Source: the human T2T-CHM13v2.0 reference genome, Homo sapiens. From it: a stretch of 64,000 bases of DNA. Location: the NCBI RefSeq assembly GCF_009914755.1, contig NC_060947.1; one strand, written 5' to 3'. Below, piece by piece: positions 27,501 to 38,964 of the stretch. Both the position numbers and the translations under genes were made by a program. The notes under the pieces were generated by a model. That model was not told where the DNA came from. It saw only the letters and a list, made by a program, of their open reading frames with translations, and did no database searches. Within the stretch, counting starts at the first letter, position 1, and every line of letters starts with the position of its first letter.

Positions 27501-28823
27501 AACACAGTCCTCCAAGCCCGCTAAATATCCACTTGCACATTGTAGAAAAAGTGTGTCGAAGCTGCGCTATCAAAGGGAAAGTTCAACTCTGTGAGGTGAA
27601 TGCAAACATCCCAAAGAAGTTTCTGAGAATGCTTCCGTTTAGCTTTAAGTGAAGATTATCCCGTTTCCAACGAAATCTTCAAAGAGGTCCAAATATCCCC
27701 TTGCGGATCCCACAGAAAGAGTGTTTCGAAACTGCTGTTTCAAAAGGAATCTTCAACTCTGTGAGTTGAATGCAATCATCACAAAGAAGTTTCTGACAAT
27801 GCTTCTCTCTCGTCTTTCTGTGAAGATAAAGGAAAAGGCTTTCAGGCCATTTCCACCACAGGCCTGAAAGCGCTCCAAATGTCCACTTGCAGATTCTGCC
27901 AAAAGAATATTTCAAAACTGCTCTATGAAAAGCAATGTTAAACTCTGCGGCTCGAACACAAACATCACAAAGCAGTTTCTGAGAATGCTTCAGTTTAGTT
28001 TTTCTGTGGAAATATTCCCGTTTCCAAAGAAATCTTCAAAGAGGTCCACGCATCCACTTACAGATTCTACAAAAAGACAGTTTCAAAACTGCTCAATCAA
28101 AAGGAGGGTTCAACTGTGTGACTTGAATGCATTCATCACTCAGAAGTTTCTGAGAACGCTTCTCTTTAGTTTTTACGTGAACATATACCCGTTTCGAACG
28201 AAGGCCAGCCAGTGGTCCAAATATCCACTTGCAGATTCTACAGAAAGAGTGTTTTGAACCTGAACGCTCAAAGGCAGGTTCATCTCTGCGAGTTAAATGC
28301 ATTCATCATGAAGAACTTTCTCAGCGTGTTTGTGTTTAGTTATGGGAAATTATTCCCGTTTCCAACGAAATCCTCAGAGAGCTCCAAATATCCACCTGCA
28401 GATTCTACCAAAAGTGTATTTGGAAACTGCTCCATCAAAAGGCATGTTCAGCTCTGTGAGTGAAACTCCATCATCACAAAGAATATTCTGAGAATGCTTC
28501 CGTTTGCCTTTTATATGAAGTTCCTTCCTATACTACCGTAGGCCTCAAAGCAGTCCAAATCTCCATTTGCAGATTCTACAAAAAGAGTGATTCCATTCTG
28601 CTCTATCAATAGGATTGTTCAACTCCATGAGTTGAATGCCATCCTCACAAAGTAGTTTCTGAGAATGCTTCTATCTAGTTTTTATGTGAAGATATTTCCT
28701 TTTCCACCACAGGCCTCAAAGCCCTCCAAACGTCCACTTGCAGATTCTCGAAAAAGAGGGTTTCATAGCTGCTCTTTCAAAAGGAAAGTTCAACTCTGGG
28801 AGTTGAATACAAACATCACAAAG

Positions 28824-30539
28824 AATGTTCTGAGTTTGCTTCCGTTCAGTTATGGGAAGTTGATCCCGTTTCCAACGAAATCCTCAGAGAGGTCCAAATA
28901 TCCCCTTGCAGATTCTACAAAATGTGTGTTTGGAAACTGCTCCATCATAACGAATGTTCAGCTCTCTGAGTTAAACTCCATCGTCACAAAGAATTTTCTG
29001 AGAGTGCTACCGTCTAGTTTTTAAAGGAAGTTCTTTCCTTTACTACCACAGGCCTCAAAGCAGTCCAAATCTCCACTTGCAGATTCTACAAAAAGAGTGT
29101 TTGCAAACTGCTCTATCAAAAGGAATGTTCAACTCTGGGAGTTGAATGCAATCATCACAGAGCAGTTTCTGAGAATGCTTCTATGTCGTTTTTAGGAGAA
29201 GATATTTCCTTTTCCAACACAGTCCTCCAAGCCCGCTAAATATCGACTTGCACATTGTAGAAAAAGTGTGTCGAAGCTGCGCTAACAAAGGGAAAGTTCA
29301 ACTCTGTGAGGTGAATGCAAACATCCCAAAGAAGTTTCTGAGAATGCTTCCGTTTAGCTTTTAGGTGAAGATTATCCCGTTTCCAACGAAATCTTCAAAG
29401 AGGTCCAAATATCCCCTTGCGGATCTCACAGAAAGAGTGTTTCGAAACTGCTGTTTCAAAAGGAATCTTCAACTCTGTGAGTTGAATGCAATCATCACAA
29501 AGAAGTTTCTGACAATGCTTCTCTCTCGTCTTTCTGTGAAGATAAAGGAAAAGGCTTTCAGGCCTTTTCCACCACAGGCCTGAAAGCGCTCCAAATGTCC
29601 ACTTGCAGATTCTGCCAAAAGAATATTTCAAAACTGCTCTATGAAAAGCAATGTTAAACTCTGTGGCTCGAACACAAACATCACAAAGCAGTTTCTGAGA
29701 ATGCTTCAGTTTAGTTTTTCTGTGGAAATATTCCCGTTTCCAAAGAAATCTTCAAAGAGGTCCACGCATCCACTTACAGATTCTACAAAAAGACAGTTTC
29801 AAAACTGCTCAATCAAAAGGAGGGTTCAACTGTGTGACTGGAATGCAATCATCACTCAGAAGTTTCTGAGAATGCTTCTCTTTAGTTTTTACGTGAACAT
29901 ATACCCGTTTCGAACGAAGGCCAGCCAGTGGTCCAAATATCCACTTGCAGATTCTACAGAAAGAGTGTTTCGAACCTGAACTCTCAAAGGCAGGTTCATC
30001 TCTGCGCGTTAAATGCATTCATCATGAAGAACTTTCTCAGCGTGTTTGTGTTTAGTTATGGGAAATTATTCCCGTTTCCAACGAAATCCTCAGAGAGGTC
30101 CAAATATCCACCTGCAGATTCTACCAAAAGTGTATTTGGAAACTGCTCCATCAAAAGGCATGTTCAGCTCTGTGAGTGAAACTCCATCATCACAAAGAAT
30201 ATTCTGAGAATGCTTCCGTTTGCCTTTTATATGAAGTTCCTTCCTATACTACCATAGGCCTCAAAGCAGTCCAAATCTCCATTTGCAGATTCTACAAAAA
30301 GAGTGATTCCAATCTGCTCTATCAATAGGATTGTTCAACTCCATGAGTCGAATGCCATCCTCATAAAGTAGTTTCTGAGAATGCTTCTATCTAGTTTTTA
30401 TGTGAAGATATTTCCTTTTCCACCACAGGCCTCAAAGCCCTCCAAACGTCCACTTGCAGATTCTCGAAAAAGAGTGTTTCATAGCTGCTCTTTCAAAAGG
30501 AAAGTTCAACTCTGGGAGCTGAATACAAACATCACAAAG
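28824..30539 (-). repeat. Variant 10-monomer HOR (1,716 bp), 341-bp deletion of two monomers
   Basis: The junction reads ...caactctgggagttgaatacaaacatcacaaag|aatgttctgagtttgc..., skipping the segment equivalent to 39-379 of unit 1. Equivalent positions 27649 and 29365 are 1,716 apart instead of 2,057. Confidence 0.95.
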
Positions 30540-33500
30540 TAGTTTCCGAGAATGCTTCTGTTTAGTTCTTATGTGAAGATGATCCCGTTTCCAGTGAAAT
30601 CTTCAAAGAGGTCCACATATCCCCTTGCAGATTCCAAAGAAAGAGGGTTTCAAAACTGCTCCATCAAAAGGATTGTTCAACTCTGTGAGTTGAATGCAGT
30701 CATCGCAGAAAACTTTCTGAGAATGCGTCTGTCTAGGTTTGATGTGAAGATATAGACGTTTCAAACGAAGGCTACAAAGTGGTCAAAATATACACTTGCA
30801 GATTCTACTACAAGGGTGTTGCAAACCTGAACTATCAAAGGAAGGTTCAACTCTGTAAGTTGAATACAAACATCACCAAGAATGTTCTGAGTTTGCTTCC
30901 GTTCAGTTATGGGAAATTGATCCCGTTTCCAACGAAATCCTCAGAGAGGTCCAAATATCCCCTTGCAGATTCTACAAAACGTGTGTTTGGAAACTGCTCC
31001 ATCATAACGAATGTTCAGCTCTCTGAGTTAAACTCCATCGTCACAAAGAATTTTCTGAGAGTGCTACCGTCTAGTTTTTATATGAAGTTCTTTCCTTTAC
31101 TACCACAGGCCTCAAAGCGGTCCAAATCTCCACTTGCAGATTCTACAAAAAGAGTGTTTGCAAACTGCTCTATCAAAAGGAATGTTCAACTCTGGGAGTT
31201 GAATGCAATCATCACAGAGCAGTTTCTGAGAATGTTTCTATGTCGTTTTTAGGAGAAGATATTTCCTTTTCCAACACAGTCCTCCAAGCCCGCTAAATAT
31301 CCACTTGCACATTGTAGAAAAAGTGTGTCGAAGCTGCGCTATCAAAGGGAAAGTTCAACTCTGTGAGGTGAATGCAAACATCCCAAAGAAGTTTCTGAGA
31401 ATGCTTCCGTTTAGCTTTTAGGTGAAGATTATCCCGTTTCCAACGAAATCTTCAAAGAGTTCCAAATATCCCCTTGCGGATCCCACAGAAAGAGTGTTTC
31501 GAAACTGCTGTTTCAAAAGGAATCTTCAACTCTGTGAGTTGAATGCAATCATCACAAAGAAGTTTCTGACAATGCTTCTCTCTCGTCTTTTTGTGAAGAT
31601 AAAGGAAAAGGCTTTCAGGCCTTTTCCACCACAGGCCTGAAAGCGCTCCAAATGTCCACTTGCAGATTCTGCCAAAAGAATATTTCAAAACTGCTCTATG
31701 AAAAGCAATGTTAAACTCTGCGGCTCGAACACAAACATCACAAAGCAGTTTCTGAGAATGCTTCAGTTTAGTTTTTCTGTGGAAATATTCCCGTTTCCAA
31801 AGAAATCTTCAAAGAGGTCCACGCATCCACTTACAGATTCTACAAAAAGACAGTTTCAAAACTGCTCAATCAAAAGGAGGGTTCAACTGTGTGACTTGAA
31901 TGCATTCATCACTCAGAAGTTTCTGAGAATGCTTCTCTTTAGTTTTTACGTGAACATATACCCGTTTCGAACGAAGGCCAGCCAGTGGTCCAAATATCCA
32001 CTTGCAGATTCTACAGAAAGAGTGTTTTGAACCTGAACTCTCAAAGGCAGGTTCATCTCTGCGAGTTAAATGCATTCATCATGAAGAACTTTCTCAGCGT
32101 GTTTGTGTTTACTTATGGGAAATTATTCCCGTTTCCAAAGAAATCCTCAGAGAGCTCCAAATATCCACCTGCAGATTGTACCAAAAGTGTATTTGGAAAC
32201 TGCTCCATGAAAAGGCATGTTCAGCTCTGTGAGTGAAACTCCGTCATCACAAAGAATATTCTGAGACTGCTTCCGTTTGCCTTTTATATGAAGTTCCTTC
32301 CTATACTACCGTAGGCCTCAAAGCAGTCCAAATCTCCATTTGCAGATTCTACAAAAAGAGTGATTCCAATCTGCTCTATCAATAGGATTGTTCAACTCCA
32401 TGAGTTGAATGCCATCCTCACAAAGTAGTTTCTGAGAATGCTTCTATGTAGTTTTTATGTGAAGATATTTCCTTTTCCACCACAGGCCTCAAAGCCCTCC
32501 AAACGTCCACTTGCAGATTCTCGAAAAAGAGTGTTTCATAGCTGCTCTTTCAAAAGGAAAGTTCAACTCTGGGAGTTGAATACAAACATCACAAAGTAGT
32601 TTCCGAGAATGCTTCTGTTTAGTTCTTATGTGAAGATGATCCCGTTTCCAGTGAAATCTTCAAAGAGGTCCACATATCCCCTTGCAGATTCCAAAAAAAG
32701 AGGGTTTCAAAACTGCTCCATCAAAAGGATTGTTCAACTCTGTGAGTTGAATGCAGTCATCGCAGAAAACTTTCTGAGAATGCTTCTGTCTAGGTTTGAT
32801 GTGAAGATATAGACGTTTCAAACGAAGGCTACAAAGTGGTCAAAATATACACTTGCAGATTCTACTACAAGGGTGTTGCAAACCTCAACTATCAAAGGAA
32901 GGTTCAACTCTGTGAGATGAATACAAACATCACAAAGAATGTTCTGAGTTTGCTTCCGTTCAGTTATGGGAAGTTGATCCCGTTTCCAACGAAATCCTCA
33001 GAGAGGTCCAAATATCCCCTTGCAGATTCTACAAAACGTGTGTTTGGAAACTGCTCCATCATAACGAATGTTCAGCTCTCTGAGTTAAACTCCATCGTCA
33101 CAAAGAATTTTCTGAGAGTGCTACCGTCTAGTTTTTATATGAAGTTCTTTCCTTTACTACCACAGGCCTCAAAGCGGTCCAAATCTCCACTTGCAGATTC
33201 TACAAAAAGAGTGTTTGCAAACTGCTCTATCAAAAGGAATGTTCAACTCTGGGAGTTGAATGCAATCATCACAGAGCAGTTTCTGAGAATGCTTCTATGT
33301 CGTTTTTAGGAGAAGATATTTCCTTTTCCAACACAGTCCTCCAAGCCCGCTAAATATCCACTTGCACATTGTAGAAAAAGTGTGTCGAAGCTGCGCTATC
33401 AAAGGGAAAGTTCAACTCTGTGAGGTGAATGCAAACATCCCAAAGAAGTTTCTGAGAATGCTTCCGTTTAGCTTTAAGTGAAGATTATCCCGTTTCCAAC

Positions 33501-36500
33501 GAAATCTTCACAGAGGTCCAAATATCCCCTTGCGGATCCCACAGAAAGAGTGTTTCGAAACTGCTGTTTCAAAAGGAATCTTCAACTCTGTGAGTTGAAT
33601 GCAATCATCACAAAGAAGTTTCTGACAATGCTTCTCTCTCGTCTTTCTGCGAAGATAAAGGAAAAGGCTTTCAGGCCTTTTCCACCACAGGCCTGAAAGC
33701 GCTCCAAATGTCCACTTGCAGATTCTGCCAAAAGAATATTTCAAAACTGCTCTATGAAAAGCAATGTTAAACTCTGTGGCTCGAACACAAACATCACAAA
33801 GCAGTTTCTGAGAATGCTTCAGTTTAGTTTTTCTGTGGAAATATTCCCGTTTCCAAAGAAATCTTCAAAGAGGTCCACGCATCCACTTACAGATTCTACA
33901 AAAAGACAGTTTCAAAACTGCTCCATCAAAAGGAGGGTTCAACTGTGTGACTTGAATGCAATCATCACTCAGAACTTTCTGAGAACGCTTCTCTTTAGTT
34001 TTTTCGTGAAAATATACCCGTTTCGAAAGAAGGCCAGCCAGTGGTCCAAATATCCACTTGCAGATTCTACAGAAAGAGTGTTTCGAACCTGAACTCTCAA
34101 AGGCAGGTTCATCTCTGCGAGTTAAATGCATTCATCATGAAGAACTTTCTCAGCGTGTTTGTGTTTAATTATGGGAAATTATTCCCGTTTCCAACGAAAT
34201 CCTCAGAGAGGTCCAAATATCCACCAGCAGATTCTACCAAAAGTGTATTTGGAAACTGCTCCATCAAAAGGCATGTTCAGCTCTGTGAGTGAAACTCCAT
34301 CATCACAAAGAATATTCTGAGAATGCTTCCGTTTGCCTTTTATATGAAGTTCCTTCCTATACTACCGTAGGCCTCAAAGCAGTCCAAATCTCCATTTGCA
34401 GATTCTACAAAAAGAGTGATTCCAATCTGCTCTATCAATAGGACTGTTCAACTCCATGAGTTGAATGCCGTCCTCACAAAGTAGTTTCTGAGAATGCTTC
34501 TATCTAGTTTTTATGTGAAGATATTTCCTTTTCCACCACAGGCCTCAAAGCCCTCCAAACGTCCACTTGCAGATACTCGCAAAAGAGTGTTTCATAGCTG
34601 CTCTTTCAAAAGGAAAGTTCAACTCTGGGAGTTGAATACAAACATCACAAAGTAGTTTCCGAGAATGCTTCTGTTTAGTTCTTATGTGAAGATGATCCCG
34701 TTTCCAGTGAAATCTTCAAAGAGGTCCACATATCCCCTTGCAGATTCCAAAGAAAGAGGGTTTCAAAACTGCTCCATCAAAAGGATTGTTCAACTCTGTG
34801 AGTTGAATGCAGTCATCGCAGAAAACTTTCTGAGAATGCTTCTGTCTAGGTTTGATGTGAAGATATAGACGTTTCAAACGAAGGCTACAAAGTGGTCAAA
34901 ATATACACTTGCAGATTCTACTACAAGGGTGATGCAAACCTGAACTATCAAAGGAAGGTTCAACTCTGTGAGTTGAATACAAACATCACAAAGAATGTTC
35001 TGAGTTTGCTTCCGTTCAGTTATGGGAAGTTGATCCCGTTTCCAACGAAATCCTCAGAGGGGTCCAAATATCCCCTTGCAGATTCTACAAAACGTGTGTT
35101 TGGAAACTGCTCCATCATAACGAATGTTCAGCTCTCTGAGTTAAACTCCATCGTCACAAAGAATTTTCTGAGAGTGCTACCGTCTAGTTTTATATGAAGT
35201 TCTTTCCTTTACTACCACCGGCCTCAAAGCGGTCCAAATCTCCACTTGCAGATTCTACAAAAAGAGTGTTTGCAAACTGCTCTATCAAAAGGAATGTTCA
35301 ACTCTGGGAGTTGAATGCAATCATCACAGAGCAGTTTCTGAGAATGCTTCTATGTCGTTTTTAGGAGAAGATATTTCCTTTTCCAACACAGTCCTCCAAG
35401 CCCGCTAAATATCCACTTGCACATTGTAGAAAAAGTGTGTCGAAGCTGCGCTATCAAAGGGAAAGTTCAACTCTGTGAGGTGAATGCAAACATCCCAAAG
35501 AAGTTTCTGAGAATGCTTCCGTTTAGCTTTTAGGTGAAGATTATCCCGTTTCCAACGAAATCTTCAAAGAAGTCCAAATATCCCCTTGCGGATCCCACAG
35601 AAAGAGTGTTTCGAAACTGCTGTTTCAAAAGGAATCTTCAACTCTGTGAGTTGAATGCAATCATCACAAAGAAGTTTCTGACAATGCTTCTCTCTCGTCT
35701 TTCTGTGAAGATAAAGGAAAAGGCTTTCAGGCCTTTTCCACCACAGGCCTGAAAGCGCTCCAAATGTCCACTTGCAGATTCTGCCAAAAGAATATTTCAA
35801 AACTGCTCTATGAAAAGCAATGTTAAACTCTGTGGCTCGAACACAAACATCACAAAGCAGTTTCTGAGAATGCTTCAGTTTAGTTTTTCTGTGGAAATAT
35901 TCCCGTTTCCAAAGAAATCTTCAAAGAGGTCCACGCATCCACTTACAGATTCTACAAAAAGACAGTTTCAAAACTGCTCAATCAAAAGGAGGGTTCAACT
36001 GTGTGACTTGAATGCAATCATCACTCAGAAGTTTCTGAGAATGCTTCTCTTTAGTTTTTACGTGAACATATACCCGTTTCGAACGAAGGCCACCCAGTGG
36101 TCCAAATATCCACTTGCAGATTCTACAGAAAGAGTGTTTCGAACCTGAACTCTCAAAGGCAGGTTCATCTCTGCGAGTTAAATGCATTCATCATGAAGAA
36201 CTTTCTCAGCGTGTTTGTGTTTAGTTATTGGAAATTATTCCCGTTTCCAACGAAATCCTCAGAGAGGTCCAAATATCGACCTGTAGATTCTACCAAAAGT
36301 GTATTTGGAAACTGCTCCATCAAAAGGAATGTTCAGCTCTGTGAGTGAAACTCCATCATCTCAAAGAATATTCTGAGAATGCTTCCATTTGCCTTTTATA
36401 TGAAGTTCCTTCCTATACTACCCTAGGCCTCAAAGCAGTCCAAATCTCCATTTGCAGATTCTACAAAAAGAGTGATTCCAATCTGCTCTATCAATAGGAC

Positions 36501-38964
36501 TGTTCAACTCCATGAGTTGAATGCCATCCTCACAAAGTAGTTTCTGAGAATGTTTCTATCTAGTTTTTATGTGAAGATATTTCCTTTTCCACCACAGGCC
36601 TCAAAGCCCTCCAAACGTCCACTTGCAGATTCTCGAAAAAGAGTGTTTCATAGCTGCTCTTTCAAAAGGAAAGTTCAACTCTGGGAGCTGAATACAAACA
36701 TCACAAAGTAGTTTCCGAGAATGCTTCTGTTTAGTTCTTATGTGAAGATGATCCCGTTTCCAGTGAAATCTTCAAAGAGGTCCACATATCCCCTTGCAGA
36801 TTCCAAAGAAAGAGGCTTTCAAAACTGCTCCATCAAAAGGATTGTTCAACTCTGTGAGTTGAATGCAGTCATCGCAGAAAACTTTCTGAGAATGCTTCTG
36901 TCTAGGTTTGAGGTGAAGATATAGACGTTTCAAACGAAGGCTACAAAGTGGTCAAAATATACACTTGCAGATTCTACTACAAGGGTGTTGCAAACCTGAA
37001 CTATCAAAGGAAGGTTCAACTCTGTGAGTTGAATACAAACATCACAAAGAATGTTCTGAGTTTGCTTCCGTTCAGTTATGGGAAGTTGATCCCGTTTCCA
37101 ACGAAATCCTCAGAGAGGTCCAAATATCCCCTTGCAGATTCTACAAAACGTGTGTTTGGAAACTGCTCCATCATAACGAATGTTCAGCTCTCTGAGTTAA
37201 ACTCCATCGTCACAAAGAATTTTCTGAGAGTGCTACCGTCTAGTTTTATATGAACTTCTTTCCTTTACTACCACCGGCCTCAAAGCGGTCCAAATCTCCA
37301 CTTGCAGATTCTACAAAAAGAGTGTTTGCAAACTGCTCTATCAAAAGGAATGTTCAACTCTGGGAGTTGAATGCAATCATCACAGAGCAGTTTCTGAGAA
37401 TGCTTCTATGTCGTTTTTAGGAGAAGATATTTCCTTTTCCAACACAGTCCTCCAAGCCCGCTAAATATCCACTTGCACATTGTAGAAAAAGAGTGTCGAA
37501 GCTGCGCTATCAAAGGGAAAGTTCAACTCTGTGAGGTGAATGCAAACATCCCAACGAAGTTTCTGAGAATGCTTAAGTTTAGCTTTTAGGTGAAGATTAT
37601 CCCGTTTCCAACGAAATCTTCAAAGAAGTCCAAATATCCCCTTGCGGATCCCACAGAAAGAGTGTTTCGAAACTGCTGTTTCAAAAGGAATCTTCAACTC
37701 TGTGAGTTGAATGCAATCATCACAAAGAAGTTTCTGACAATGCTTCTCTCTCTTCTTTCTGTGAAGATAAATGAAAAGGCTTTCAGGCCTTTTCCACCAC
37801 AGGCCTGAAAGCGCTCCAAATGTCCACTTGCAGATTCTGCCAAAAGAATATTTCAAAACTGCTCTATGAAAAGCAATGTTAAACTCTGTGGCTCGAACAC
37901 AAACATCACAAAGCAGTTTCTGAGAATGCTTCAGTTTAGTTTTTCTGTGGAAATATTCCCGTTTCCAAAGAAATCTTCAAAGAGGTCCACGCATCCACTT
38001 ACAGATTCTACAAAAAGACAGTTTCAAAACTGCTCAATCAAAACGAGGGTTCAACTGTGTGACTTGAATGCAATCATCACTCAGAAGTTTCTGAGAACGC
38101 TTCTCTTTAGTTTTTACGTGAACATATACCCGTTTCGAACGAAGGCCACCCAGTGGTCCAAATATCCACTTGCAGATTCTACAGAAAGAGTGTTTCGAAC
38201 CTGAACTCTCAAAGGCAGGTTCATCTCTGCGAGTTAAATGCATTCATCATGAAGAACTTTCTCAGCGTGTTTGTGTTTAGTTATGGGAAATTATTCCCGT
38301 TTCCAACGAAATCCTCAGAGAGGTCCAAATATCCACCTGCAGATTCTACCAAAAGTGTATTTGGAAACTGCTCCATCAAAAGGCATGTTCAGCTCTGTGA
38401 GTGAAACTCCATCATCACAAAGAATATTCTGAGAATGCTTCCATTTGCCTTTTATATGAAGTTACTTCCTTTACTACCGTAGGCCTCAAAGCATTCCAAA
38501 TCTCCATTTGCAGATTCTACAAAAAGAGTGATTCCAATCTGCTCTATCAATAGGACTGTTCAACTCCATGAGTTGAATGCCGTCCTCACAAAGTAGTTTC
38601 TGAGAATGCTTCTATCTAGTTTTTATGTGAAGATATTTCCTTTTCCACCACAGGCCTCAAAGCCCTCCAAACGTCCACTTGCAGATTCTCGAAAAAGAGT
38701 GTTTCATAGCTGCTCTTTCAAAAGGAAAGTTCAACTCTGGGAGCTGAATACAAACATCACAAAGTAGTTTCCGAGAATGCTTCTGTTTAGTTCTTATGTG
38801 AAGATGATCCCGTTTCCAGTGAAATCTTCAAAGAGGTCCACATATCCCCTTGCAGATTCCAAAGAAAGAGGGTTTCAAAACTGCTCCATCAAAAGGATTG
38901 TTCAACTCTGTGAGTTGAATGCAGTCATCGCAGAAAACTTTCTGAGAATGCTTCTGTCTAGGTT

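Larger units (their letters stand above)
1..28255 (-). repeat. HOR haplotype domain A (2,056-bp units), interrupted by an island at ~5.2-8.7 kb
   Basis: Linked markers: gctttaagtgaag, caggccAtttcc, gaatgcaTtcatcact, gtgtttTgaacc, ctccatGaaaagg, aactccGtc, ctatGtag, gtgagAtgaatGc, aaacctCaac. Confidence 0.85.

Noticed and set aside
28665-29024. Unique 119-aa ORF
   Set aside because: It is a by-product of the 341-bp deletion, which removes a stop codon and joins two satellite reading frames.
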